From Thelocarpon superellum (lineage: Eukaryota): a DNA stretch of 64,000 nt. This document shows positions 38,594 to 51,789 of the stretch, piece by piece. The DNA lies in assembly GCA_026025795.1 (NCBI GenBank), contig JAPEUG010000030.1, positions 1 through 64,000 on the forward strand, read 5' to 3'. Position 1 is the first letter of the stretch, and each line of letters begins with the position of its first letter. The translations under genes and the position numbers were made by a program. The notes below the pieces were generated by a model. The model worked only from the letters and a program-made list of their open reading frames with translations. It had not been told where the DNA came from and did no database searches.

Positions 38594-39803
38594 ATGGCCA
38601 ATCCGGAACAGTACGATAGTGCGCTGTATGTCCCGAGACACGATGAAATGCGTCCCCGTCCATTGATCTAATCATCGACAGTGACCTCCTTCGACGGCTC
38701 GATCCCAAGAATACGTCGAAGAACGTCGACCTCATTTGCTCCATCGTGCCCGATCTCACCGAGGAGCTTCTCTCGTCCGTAGACCAGCCCCTCGAGACGC
38801 GGCGATGCAAGAAGTCCGGGCGCGACTATCTACTGTGCGACTACAACCGGGATGGCGATAGCTATCGCAGTCCGTGGAGCAACGAATTCGACCCGCCCAT
38901 CAGCGACGGCACCGTGCCCAGCGAGAAGGTGCGGAAGATGGAGGAGAAGGCAAATGAAGCCTTTGACGTCTACCGGGAGCTGTAGGTCTACTGTTGCTCG
39001 CGCATTGATCCCGGCTCGTTCCTGAAACATGGCACCGCAGGTACTACGAAGGCGGCGTTTCCAGCGTGTACTTCTGGAACCTCGACGACGGCTTCGCCGG
39101 GGTGGTGCTATTGAAGAAGAGTGCGTGAGGGTGCTTCTCCGCCATGGCCGTGAGCATGAGTTGACAGGGTCTGTGATTCAGCGGTGTCGCCCGCGGGCAA
39201 GAGTGACGGCGCCTGGGACTCGATCCATGTCTTTGAAGCCGTCGATCGCGCGCGCACCGCACACTACAAGCTCACCAGCACCGTGATCCTGCACCTAAGC
39301 ACCCACACCGAGAGCCTCGGGGAGATGGATTTGAGCGGGAACATGACGCGGCAGATCGAACAGGACCTGCCGGTCGAGGACGACTCGTCACACATCGCCA
39401 ACATTGGCAAGGTATGCGCAGGAAGCTCGGCTGGTGGGACAGGTGAAGCTGACGAATGGCTGCGCGACCAGATGGTGGAGGAGATGGAGCTCAAGATGAG
39501 GAATCTCTTACGTGAGTGGCTCTGGATGTCTAGCGCGCCTGGGACATATCGACTGATGTGATGCAGAGGAGGTCTATTTTGGTAAAGGTACGCCATCGGG
39601 ACGCGTTGCTCTTCTCGGACATGCACTGACAGGCTTCCAGCCAAGGATGTCGTCGGCGACCTTCGCAGTGAGCATGGCCCCGTCTCTGTCCGTGATGCAT
39701 CATGTGCGCTGTACTCACACTACGCTTAGGTATTGCGGCCTTGACGGAGTCGCAGAAGGAGAAGGCGACGCATCAGGAGATGATCAATTCGATGAAAGCG
39801 TAG
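38594..39803 (+). CDS. CAP2: F-actin capping protein beta subunit (7 introns, including 21-nt and 27-nt exons)
   Basis: [84 protein letters not shown]. Confidence 0.96.
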
Positions 39804-40270
39804 CGTACGCGTAGCTTTCTAGACACTGTTCTCTTCTCCTCGTCCACGGACTCATCCAAGCGAAAGCGTAGCTCGGACGAAACAGCCCTGGTTCAGCAGG
39901 CCAAGGCCGCTCATGGACATTGAAACTTTCCGGGACGAGGTCGAACCTTATCCTGTCGTGGCTAACTTGCCGTACTACTGTGACTTGGGACGCATGCTCC
40001 GGTCATGGCACTATTGGGCGACGCGATGGATGGGGGGGGCAGCGCGCGCCACAGACCCGCCACTGTATGGACGAGCGGTGGTGCTGACGCTGACGTGCCG
40101 GCGCAGACGCATGCACCTGTGCACGGGCATGAAAGGATTGGGAACCGCCGGCATCGAGGGTCGTAAACGATGAGGGCTTGGTAACTTGCTCGTACTCGTC
40201 GGAACACTCCTCGTCTCTGTCGCGGTCACATCCACCCACGGCAGATGCAGGTGGCAGGTGGCACGGGCAT

Positions 40271-40297
40271 GCCGGGCACGCCGGGCACGCCGGGCAA
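40271..40297. repeat. Short tandem repeat (GCCGGGCAC)~3, intergenic
   Basis: gccgggcac gccgggcac gccgggcaa. Confidence 0.7.
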
Positions 40298-40710
40298 GCC
40301 ACGCATGGAGCCATCGAGCCGCGGATGTGGAGGAGAGCTACGCCAGGGCTTCCCCCAAGCCCCAGGGTTTGGTACGCCAGGGACGTGGTGGGGACAGAAC
40401 CGGTTTAGGCAGACCCAATAAAGCATGGGCCAAAGGCTGGCGGAGAATTGCTTCTTCCAGCAGGTCCGTTGTACCTGTACTTGGCCACGCCACCGCCTGT
40501 GCCGTCCGCAGACCCTGGTTGGTTTCGTCAGTGGAGTACAGGGTACCGGGGTCCGGCGCACTGTCGATCGCTGCTCGTGTCTATCATCTGACAACCTTCA
40601 TGAAGCAACGCAGGGTGCTGGGAGGACGTTAAGTTAAAGGAAAGGGTGAGGCGCCCTCGACTCGGATGGACCGGCGCGCCGTGCGAGGGCGACGGTGACC
40701 GCAGAGGTAT

Positions 40711-40736
40711 TGGCATTGGCATTGGCATCGGCATTG
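40711..40736. repeat. (TGGCAT)n hexamer repeat, intergenic
   Basis: tggcat x3 followed by cggcat. Confidence 0.7.
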
Positions 40737-41325
40737 CCTTCGAGCAGGCACCAGGACGATACGGGCAACGCGACGGGAAGCTGCAGCGCCGTCATTATAC
40801 GATATTGCAGCGTTTGTCAATTCTCCGTCGCCCACCGCCCACTACCCGCTGCCCGCTGCCCGTTGCCCGCCGCCCAGCGTCTCACGAAGCCGGCGCCGTC
40901 ATCGCCCCCATCGCCCCCATCGTCCCCCCCCCATCCCATCATTTACCCCATTCCCCATCGCCCCATCTCCAGTAGTTAGTGCATCCCCCGGAAAGGCCGG
41001 AAGGGGAATTGCAGGGCATTGCGCCACATAAGCTCCGACGTCGCGGTCCGTCGGGCGTGATCCGTGGTTCACGCCATCATCGGGCCTCGTCCTCGCTCGC
41101 GCTTCTCTCTCGTTCGCTCGGCGCTCTCGCCTTCCTTCCCCTGACACGCGGCCTCGAGGGCCCGACCAGACACGCCCGGCCATCGGTCATCGATCCCCTT
41201 CCCGCCCCGCGTCTGGTCCTCGACTCTCGAGCTCGGACCTGTTCGTTGAGCGTCCTCGCGACTCGGCTGCACCGTCTCCCGGCCGCGCGCCGCTTCACCG
41301 TCCGACCCGCGGTGATCCGGTGTTC

Positions 41326-42707
41326 ATGATGCCGGCGGAGGGGGCCACCGGTAAACCCGCGGTGCTGATCATCGGCGGGCTGGGTATGTCGCCGCCTGCG
41401 AGGCTGCTGTCCCCACGTCCACCAGCATCGACTCACGACGACGTGCGCAGGTTACATCGGCCGCTTCCTCGCCCTTCACATCCACCGCCACCAACTCGCG
41501 TCGGAGGTCCGTCTGGTCGACAAGGTCCTGCCGCAGTTGGCCTGGTTAGCGCCCGAGTTCGCCGAGGCGTGCTCGCAGGAAAAATTCTTGCAGGCAGATG
41601 CCTCGCGAGAACGTACGTGAAGATACTCGCGCCCGGATCGTGGTGGTGGCGCTGACTATCGGCCTATCTAGAGAGCCTGGCCCGCATCTTCGACCGCGCC
41701 GGAGGCAAGCAGTGGGACTATGTCTTCAATTGCGGCGGCGAGACGCGGTATTCGCAGGAAGATGAGGTGTACAAGGTGCGCTCGCTCGATCTCGCCGTCA
41801 ACCTAGCCAAGGAGGCGGCGCGAAGAAAAGTGCGTGCCTTTGTCTGCTGCAGTACGGGCATGGTCTACAAGCCCGACGCAGCGCCGCGCAAGGAGACGGA
41901 CAAGACCAAGCCGTGGATGAAGATGGCCAAATACATGCTGATGGCGGAGGAGGAGCTGTCCAAGATTGAGGGGTAGGTGGTAGCCCGCCACGGCACCCTG
42001 ATGAGCCACGGCTGACGCCGGGACAGATTGAAGGTCGTCATCCTGCGCCTGCCCCACGTCTACGGTGAATACTCTTCCAAGTTTGTTTCGACGGCGCTGT
42101 GCCTGGCGCGGGTCTACCAGAGCCTCGGGCAGGAGATGAAGTGGCTCTGGACCAAAGATCTACGGATCAACACCGTGCACATTGACGACACGGCCCGGGC
42201 GCTCTGGCGGGCTGCGGAATGGTGTGATCAAGGAAAGCCGGGATGGGACAATGCTTGGGGCAAGACGCCCATCTTCAACATCGTAGACCACGGCAATACT
42301 TGTGAGTGATGCTGCCTTTCCGGTGGGTGGAAATAGTACTGACGCTTCGCGACGTTACAGCTCAAGGGACGTTGGAGAAAATCATCGGGGATGTGTTTGA
42401 CATCCCGACCGGATTTCAAGGCCAGATCATCTCGTCCTTTGCCCGGCTGAACCTCGACAACGTGGTGGATGACGTGAACGATGAGATCCTGGGGCCATGG
42501 GCTGATCTCTTGGCCAAGGCCAACGTGACGCGGCCAGGACCGCTGAGCCCCTTCATGGAGAAGGAATTGCTCAGGGACATGGATCTGAGCCTGGATGGGT
42601 CCCGGTTCGAGAAGGTCACGGGCTTCAAGTATGAGAAGCCCGAGCTGACAAAGGAAGAGGTGGAGAAGATGATTGAGAGCTATCGCCGGATCAAATGGTG
42701 GGGCTGA
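41326..42707 (+). CDS. NAD(P)-dependent epimerase/dehydratase-family (extended/atypical SDR) protein (4 introns)
   Basis: Spliced VLIIGGLGYIGRFL Rossmann motif, VFNCGGET, VILRLPHVYG, TVHIDD, IFNIVD. Confidence 0.85.
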
Positions 42708-44143
42708 TGTCGGCATGTCGGCGTGTCGGCACGTGTTGCATTGCCCGTCGTGTATCCACTTCCAATGTATCCTGAGCATCATTTTTATCTCGTGTATGAT
42801 AGCCGCATGAGGGGATGAATCCGATCGACACCGACATCTCTTCCCAATTGTAGCCGTGCATCTATCGCCAGGAGTGGATCACGGGTTGGGGGGGAAGAAG
42901 GAGAAGGGAGAAGGGAGGGGGCCAAGAAAGGGCCATCACTAGCGAGGAGCAGACCTTTGGCACTGATCTTCATCATCATCCTCTCCATCTCACAGAAGCT
43001 TAATCTCCGTCATCGCCAAACCTTAGGCTGCAATGCATGTGCATCTTGCATCGGACCAATGCTTGGTGGGGGAATGACTACCCACGTCGACCGGTGGTGG
43101 AGGGTGCCGTGCGTTTACTCTAGGCGGAGGGGGGACGACGAGTACCGTGTGCCTGCCGTGTGCCTGCCCTGGGCGGGGTGCCTGAGCCGGGATCGAGACG
43201 AGCACGGAGCCCTGTCGTTATTGGGATCTACTATAGCCCGCCTCCGATACCTGCGTTCGCCAGAGGGCGATCGTGTGTGCGCGGAGGCGTACGTCGTGCT
43301 GTGTGAGCTTCGTCCCGCACCTTTAGCCAGCGGATTCTGCCCTCACCCGATGGACATTTAGCGGCCGGATGTGTCACCACCCAGAGGCACACACACACCA
43401 TAGCGTGTCCCACAGTCTCGCGACACCCACCATGGCACGTAACGACGATGGTAAGGGTAGCTCCGACCTTGTCTACCGAGCCGGTCCGGATGCGATAGGT
43501 GGGCAGGCAGACGGAACCCCGTGTGCTCGTGCGTCTGCGTCGTATCGTGGATTGCTTCGTATTGGGCGAGTCCGTGGATCCCATCGGAGCTGGATCCCGA
43601 ATGAGCTTGGAGAGCTCTCGGATAGCTTCCGTCTCCTACTTTGCCCACATGTCGGCCATTAGCGGTCCCCCGTAGTCGTTCCCCGTATCGGGAGAGAGGC
43701 TCGGCGGGGTAGCTTTGCACCTGGTTACGCCGGGCTCTCCCTTCATCGTGAGCAAGCGTGGCACCTTGATGTCCGGGGGTGCCTCTCTTCGTACTTCGTA
43801 CCTGCAGATAGGTCTGTTAGAGCGACAAGACCTTTCTGCTGCCGTAATTGCTTTTTCAAGCCGCAGTTACGACGGGGGTTGCTCCTCCGCCCCGCGCCTA
43901 AGGGGCCTTGTGCACATGCACAGACATCGTCGAGGAATGGCGCTCTCTATTCCCTCTCTTGCCCCGCATCATCTTGCCCCACATTGACAGCGACGACTCT
44001 CAGCATCTTGAACTCCATAGAGCACGGTCCCGATTGCCACTCCGCGCAACCGATTAGATTACTGATTCTGCATCTCTGCACGATCCCGCGGAAGCAGTTC
44101 CTCCGCACCTTCAGACCGGCTCCCACGAAGTCATTCCTTCAAC

Positions 44144-45067
44144 ATGGCTGCTCCGGCTTCTGTTTCCATGAAGAAGATCGACGGCGTGTATGCGATGGTG
44201 GGTGATGTTCCTCATAGCCAGGCTCTTCTCGCATCAATTCAACTCACCCCGACGCGGTCGATCGATCCAAGCTGACGCTGGTATGCTTCCTCTTCTAGAA
44301 CCGAACGATCTCCGATGACCCCGATCCGATCCTCGCTTTGGTATGCGGCGCCCCTCTTCCGGCTCGTTTCACGCCCACACCGCACTCCACTGACATCGGA
44401 CCGCACCACAGCAAGGCATCTCCTGGCTGGTGCGCAAAGCGATTGCGATCGCGCCCGTCAGCCTGGTGATGAAGCAGTACGACGACCCGACGACGGGCGT
44501 GACGCACCTCGACACGGAGCAGCGCGGCGTGGCGGGGATCAAGGGATGGGTGGAGGCGCGAACGCTGGACTTCCAGGAGCGCGAGGCCGACAACGGACTG
44601 TTCGGCAAGGTGCGCAGCCAGAGTCGGTGGGTGAAGGTGGGCGAGATCGAGGATGACTTCTTGAAGGAGGGCTGGCTGGTCACGGACGATGATGCCCCGC
44701 TCACTGAGGGCGGCGATAAGGCCGGGCCGGGCGATTTGCTGCATTCTCACGTCGTCAGCCTGCAGGCTGATTGGGTTGCTGAGCAGGTATGCATGGTCTA
44801 TCTCTTCTTCTCCTCCTTTCTTCCTATTCTCCTATTCTTAAACCATCGGCTCTCGATCCCGCTATTGCCTCGTCTTGATTTTATGGACCACCTCTTCCTC
44901 CCTTTACATTGTTCTAGGAGGAGAGATGCTAACACGCCACACGCGATCAGATCTGGGGGTTCTCCGAAGTAGACGGAAAGCGATACCACACGCGGCTGGT
45001 GGTGGTTAGCACGCCCAAGGAGCGCGTGCAGGCAAAATTGGTCTATGATTACACAGGGGAGAGCTAG
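44144..45067 (+). CDS. Uncharacterised fungal protein with calycin/FABP-like pattern (exons 44144-44197, 44299-44340, 44412-44786, 44951-45067; 195 aa)
   Basis: Clean GT-AG introns give MAAPASVSMKKIDGVYAMNRTISDDPDPILALQGISWLVRKAIAIAPVSLVMKQY...WVAEQIWGFSEVDGKRYHTRLVVV...AKLVYDY. The gene model is well supported; the fold is inferred. Confidence 0.8.
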
Positions 45068-46336
45068 ATATTCCATCCCATTCGGTTCCACTCCAGTCTA
45101 CCATCAAGAGGGAGAGATGTGAACCAAGGGAGGATTGCCATCCTATCCACTGAACGCATTGGAATAAAGAAAGTCCGCGAAAACATGGCGGTGATGCACC
45201 TCGTATTATCTGTTGTCAAGAACTCAGTAGGATTGAGAGAGAGCCCCTATTCATCGACGACACACATACCGAGCTCAACGCCTCAGCCTTCCTAATTGGT
45301 TGAAAGAGATCCCTTGTACCACTTGAGGTACCTGTGCTACTCATACTTACATCACAAGTACTCTGTGCTATCGACTCATTTAACCAGGGACGAACCCGAT
45401 TTTGATATAACTACGTCTATGAAGTGGTCGGTTGGTTGGTTGGTTGATTGATCTCCGCCACGGGCGCAAGACACCATCCTCCAACTCGCCCACCTCGAGG
45501 CATGATACGGGTTTACGTAGTCATGTGCGCTACATTTGCAACAGCCACGGCACAATCGAAGCGAGAATCTACTGCAGTGGTCAAACCGCTCGGTGCCGCC
45601 TCCATTCCCGGACCACTCCTCTTCTCGTTCGCTGTAGATACATAGATTCCTCCTTACCAAGGAGTATTAGTGTATGGGTACGAGTGTCTTTCGTATCACG
45701 GGGCACAACTCCGGGGCAAGACAGGCCACTTACCATCATCCTCGACACGAACGCCTGACTTGCCCCTAGTATACTCGTTGAGATGAAGTGGCGGTATTCA
45801 GCGCGGCGGCGGTGTTCATCGAGGGGGCATCTGATGACTTCAGGAGCAAGCCACGAGTTTGGCACGCGGGACTCGTGTCTTCTTGGGGGCACGTCAGAAG
45901 TTTGACATGTGGTACGATCTCAATCCTGGTATTGCGGAGGTCAGTGTTCCGACGCAGGTTCTAGTGCTCTTAGTATGTTACTCGGTAAGCTCGAGATTCT
46001 CATTCCCGCCGGATATTCAACCATTCTACCGCCCGTCAAGTATGTGTCCTTCCAGACAGGGCGGCCTTCACGTCCTCCGCTACGACTGCGTTACTCGGCT
46101 GTAAGGGCTACGGGCGCGGGGCGGGGACGTGGCTCTGCTTCATCAGGCATGACGAGGGCATTTGCTGCACCATTTTGACTATCAAGACATAATGCGCATT
46201 GCAGTCGATCCACCCATAATTCATGTATCGTCCGATTGACAATCGGCGCTATGCCGATGTCGATGCAGATACCGATAGTGATCTAAGGAGCCCTCTGATA
46301 TGCGGCAGTGATTTCTCCACCCCCAGAGACCACCTG

Positions 46337-49300
46337 CTAGAAGGTCCAGTTCTCGTCGACCGACTTGATGGCCCAGTCGAACTTCTCGCGGAGCGACTTG
46401 GAGAAGAACTTCTCAATGGGCACGTTGAACTTCTTGGTGAAGACCACCGTCAGGCGTGGGTCAATGTAGTTCTGCACACCCGTCAGCACGTCACCATCTC
46501 GCGCCATTGAAAAGGGCGCCGCTCACAATCTTGCTGGTGCCCAATGCCACCTCCTTATTGCTCTCTTTGTCCTGCGCCTGCAGGCCCATGACCGCGATGC
46601 GCTCATCCAGCTTGACCAAGTTGGCCTCCATCTTCTCAATCGTCGCCCCCTTTCCTTCCGCCTCCACCTTCTTCGTCTTGTTCTCCTTCTTGAACTTCTT
46701 CTCCAGCTCATGCACCGGCGCCATCCTGTCTTCCAGCTCCTTCGGCTTCATCTCCCGCTCGCCCTCTGCCGCCAGCTTCTCATTGTCCTTCTGAAACTTC
46801 TTCTCGATCTTCTGTCGCATCTCATCGACCAGGAAGGCTTGATGCCTCAACACCCACTCCTCCGTAAGATCGTCCGGGAGCGCAAAGTAGCCGGCACCCT
46901 TCTGCTTCTTGACCTTGGGCTCGATATCGATCATCATCTGCTTGATCCGCCATTGCTGATACTTGAGACCGTTGATCTATGCCCCGTCAGCCCGGGTCGA
47001 GCACTCCCGTGACGCACAACCCACCTTCTCCGTCATCTTCTCCATCTGCGTCGCGTGCGCTGCCCCGACCGTCCGCTTGTGATTACACAAGATAGCCACC
47101 CGGCGATTTGCGTCGTTGTAGTCCTTGACACGCTCCATGACCGATCCCACACTTTTCATCTCCTGCAGAAGATTTGACATGGTGAAAGAGGCATTGTACG
47201 TGCGGAAGACCTTGGCCGTAAGACCTTCCATGTAGCCACGCAGGTGCGCATTGAGTTGCGTCGTCTGTACCCGGTCAGCATACGATGCGGGCGGGAGGGC
47301 GTGGAGGACGTACACTGAGGCGATCGAAGATTTGATCCCCATCGGTCTTCGGGGGCTTCTTGAAGATCTTGAGATTTTTAAACACCTGAGTGTCCACTTC
47401 CACCTCGTCGTAGTAACGGATGGAGTCCTTGCCCAGGAAATCCAGAATCACCGTGTTCGGAGGCTTGAGAGTGACGTGCTCGAATTTGAGAGAGCAGCAA
47501 CCCACGGTTTCTGCTTCGTCCTCACCCTTCTCGTTGCCGGCACGAAGGGCAAGTCGATCAATCAGATACATGGCCGTGGCCTTCTGCCGGTCCGCCGTGA
47601 GCTCGGCCTTGAGATCCTTCTCGTAGTCTTTGCGGATACGCTTGATGTGTTTCTATTGACATGAGCCCCTTGACCCTTCATGTCGGGGGCAGGGAGCGCT
47701 TACCTTGAGCTCGCGGGCTTTCTCAAACTTCTTAAAGTCGCTCTGCCCCTTGATGGCGCTGGTGGCCGCCAGCATGACGTACTTGTAGGCGCCGTTGATG
47801 TTCTCCTGCCACATGGCGAGCCAGGTGCCCGTCTGATCGTGCTTGACCTCCTTCCACCGATGGCCTTCAGGCGGTGCGGGCACGGTAGCCTCCTTGCCGA
47901 TATTGATCGTAATCTGCTCCGGGGCCACTCGCTTCTTCACCCGCCCGGTCTTAGGGTGCTCGCCGCGACCGCGGAACAAGGAGGGAGGTTCCACGCGGAA
48001 ATTGCCCACGCGCTCCTTCCGACCATCCCACAGGCAGTAAAGATAGGGTAGCTCGGCTGCATCCTTCTCCGCCTTGAGTCGTTTCTTCTCCGCCGGCGGC
48101 ATGGCCTTCTTCTCCAATCGTTTCGCCTCGTAGTAGTCAAAGATCGGGTTGAAATCACACTTGGCGAATTCTTTGATTTTGATCTTATTGCCCTTGGCGT
48201 CTTTGGCCCCACCCGTCTTGCTGAGAATCTCGCGAAAGTCTTCGAAGAAATTCTTGATGAAGGTGGGGTTCTCCATGTTGACGGTCGAGTTGAGCATGGA
48301 CCCAAAAAAGCCAGCAACTTCCTCGGCCTCGGGATCCAGGGTAACCGGTACCCCGTCGTACCGCAGCTTGACATTCGCTGGGAGAGGCTCGTACGGTGGG
48401 GGAAAGACCACACCCGCGTGCTCCAAGGTGTTCCATTTCTTGGATCCGTCGCCCTTGGTCGGGTCTTCCCACCACCGGTACTCCTCGTCCTCGTCCTCGG
48501 CCTCGTCCTCGTCTGGCGTCTCCTCTTTTTTGGGCCCTTTGCCTTTACCAGATTTCTTGACGGGAGTCGATGTGGTCGATTCAATTTTCGGCGCGCCCTT
48601 TTTGGCCGGCACTTTTCGCTTCAGTGGCGTGTCGTCATCGTCTGAATCGTGCTTCTTCACCCCGTTGGACTGTTTCTTCACCTTGGCGGCGGCATTCGTC
48701 CCGGTGGACTTACGCTTGGTCTGGGAAAGCGGAACGTCGCTGTCATTGTCCTCCACCTTGGCCTTTTTCTTCGCGGCCACCTTGTCCTTCTTCTCTATCG
48801 CGTCGGCCTGCTGCTCCGCACGCTTCTCGATCCGGGCTTTCTGTTCGAGCAGTCTGACCTTGGAGCCCTGGCCGTTAGCGTCCGCTTTGGACGGTTTCTT
48901 GGCCTCGCCTTTGGATACCTTCGTGGTCGCCTTCTGAGAGGCGAGAGGTACGTCGTCAGAATCAGAGGTGGAATCGTCGACCGTGGTCGCTTTGTTGGAC
49001 GTGCGACGACGTTTGCTCTGTATCACTTAGATGCGAGACGCCATACCAGCAGGTCAGTTCACCACTCACCAACGGCTTGTCATCCTCTTCATCACTGCTT
49101 GATTCTTTGATGGTTTTAGTCGTGCCAGCACTCTGGCGCGCCTTACGCTTCCCCGCAGCATTTCCGTTGGTCGTAGCCCCATTCACTTCGGGCTCATCGA
49201 TGTCCATTTCGTCCACAGGACCGTTCCGGATGGAGAGACCTGGGCCGACTCCATTTCCCGAGGGCGTGACCTTGTCCATGGCGTCGTCGGTGTTCTTCGA

Positions 49301-49574
49301 GATGATCTCTTTCGAAACGGGCGACTTGACTGGTGAGACTTTAGGATCAGCGATGCTAGCCGTGGCAGGGCGGGCGACGCTTCGAGCGACCTGACTGGTC
49401 TTGATGGAGGGGGCGGCAGCGGTGATTGCGGAAGGAGTAGGTGCTAAGGAGCGAAAAGGACGAAGAGGATTCGCCGTGCGGAAGGGTGTATCGTTGTCAC
49501 TCACCATTCCCATTGGTCCCGTTGGATTTTCGGCCACGGATGAGAGGCATCTCGTCGTCTTCTGAGGAACTCAT
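46337..49574 (-). CDS. TOP1: DNA topoisomerase I (type IB; multi-exon)
   Basis: [70 protein letters not shown], catalytic GTSKI/NYIDPR. Confidence 0.97.
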
Positions 49575-50393
49575 TTCGTCAACACCGTCGAGTTGAAAAG
49601 TCGACAGCGGTGACAGAGGGGAGAGCGGAAAGAGGTCAGAGGTGAGGTCGGCGTTGTGGAGTCGACGGATGCGTCGATTGTACTTCGAATGGCGTGGAGG
49701 ACGGCGGGATCACGGGAGTGGGTGGATTAAAGGGCAGCGAGAATCATAAACGGATGTCCAGCAACGCAGTCGTGGGTCGTGTCAAGGTAGAGACCGTGGC
49801 AACATGGTAACGCGTCCTTGGGCCAGAATGGGAGTTAGAATGCGGATCGGGATGGGTAACAATAGGAAATGCAGAGGAACGAGCAGCGGGAGAAGTAGGC
49901 CATCTTACACCTCCGAGTGCCATCGATCTGCTGCGGCAACTGCTAGTTAACCTGACTCCTCGGGTACTTCGTAGTTAGTGAACGAACTAACTTCATAACA
50001 TACTGTTGTCCTTAGTTATATGTCAGTTACCATACGACCTCTGGCGAGCCTAGGCCGTAGCAGAAAGCCCGGAAGGTGGCAGCTGATTGGTGGAAGGCGC
50101 CGCGGATCAGTGAGAAGTGCCATTCTGAGCTCCCTGGTCAGCCTGACCCAGGTACGGTGCGACAGAGACGTCCGAATGGCGCCAAGGCGCCGCCCTACCG
50201 AGAGGGACCTTCAAACAATACTCGGGTGGTCGTAGCCGCAGCAGTAGCAGTCTGCAGTGCGTGTTGAGTCGGCTGCCCGGAACGCTCCATCGCTCACAAG
50301 AAGCTGCATGCTTCTGTCTATCATCCATCTCGTTCTGCCCCCGCATTACAATCATCATCGCCGACTCAATCGCTTGTCGCTTTGGTCGTCCTG

Positions 50394-51534
50394 ATGATGT
50401 TGTCACGAGCGGCTCGTCCGGCCCTAAAGGCTGGAACGACGGCCAGTCCACGGTATGTCGGACGTCCTCGACCAAGGCTTGCGGACTCTAACCTGGCAGC
50501 AGGATCGTGACGGTCAATGCCGCCAACTACGCCACGCTCCGTGAGATTGAAGGCCGGTTGAAGTCTATCCGCAACATTGAGAAGATCACCAAGACGATGA
50601 AGATCGTGGCCTCGACCAAGCTGAACCGCGCCCAGCGAGCCATGACCAACTCGAGAACGTACGGGCAGACGTCCAACACCGTCTTCGACGAAGCCGAGAC
50701 CAAGCCAGTGGAGGGCGAAGACAAGAAGACATTGATCGTGGTGGCCAGTTCCGACAAGGGCCTGTGTGGTGGTATCCACTCGGGTCTCACCAAGACCGTC
50801 CGCCGCATGTTGCTCGACATCCCCGATGCCGATGTTGCTGTGCTGGGCGAGAAGAGCAAAGCCCAGCTGAGCCGGTCAAGTGCCAAGAACATCGTGTTGA
50901 GCTTCAGCAACATCGGCAAGGATGTGCCGACGTTCGCCGACGCTCAGGCCATCGCCGACCAGATCGCCCAGCTGCCTACGGACTATGCAAGCATCCGCAT
51001 CATCTACAACAAATTCCTCAATGCCACCAGCTACGAGCCCACGCCGATCGAGGCGTTTTCGGAAGAGGCGATTGCCAATTCTCGTAAGTAGTGACTTGGC
51101 GAGATTGGAATGGGGAGTCTAACGATGACCTCCAGCCAACTTTGCCGCCTTCGAGATTGATGACGAGGTCCTCACCAACCTTCGAGAATATGCGCTGGCC
51201 AACTCGATATACTGGGTATGCCTCAACCGCCTTCTCCCTCCCAATCCACCAGTCCCCGCTGACATCGCTTGTGACAGGCGCTGGCCGAAGGCCATGCATG
51301 CGAACAGTCAGCGCGACGCAACGCGATGGATGTAAGAAGCCGGCCCATTCAAATCATCCCGCTCGAAGATAGCAGAAGATGGCTGACACAGGTTTCGCCG
51401 CACAGAACGCGTCCAAGAACGCAGGTGACATGATCAACAAGTTCCAGATCCTGTTCAACCGCACGCGTCAAGCCGTCATCACCGGCGAATTGGTGGAAAT
51501 CATCACCGGTGCCGCCGCCAGTGAAGATGCGTAA
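50394..51534 (+). CDS. ATP3: Mitochondrial F1 ATP synthase gamma subunit (4 introns)
   Basis: Presequence then [81 protein letters not shown]. Confidence 0.97.
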
Positions 51535-51789
51535 AAGCTGGTGGCAGAAGACCGGTCTTTGGGGCTTACCGCAAAGGGTCCGACCAAGCGGGGGGTGCGG
51601 AGACGACGTTTTTGTTGTAGTAGAATCATAAACGGGGACGAGAAAGTGAAGGGAGATATCTCAAGCTGTACCAGTACGACGCGCCGGGTATCATCAAGAC
51701 CATCCGTAAGGTCCCATCGAGAGAAGCATCACAAAACCAACATCAAAGGACAAGACGGGACCACGATCAGCTCATCCCACACGCTAAAT

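Noticed and set aside
42710..44140. Short ORFs upstream of the FABP-like gene
   Set aside because: No coding bias or motifs; treated as terminator and promoter DNA.
45100..46300. Possible small gene or pseudogene between the FABP-like gene and TOP1
   Set aside because: Scattered splice-like sites and short ORFs did not assemble into a coherent or recognisable product.
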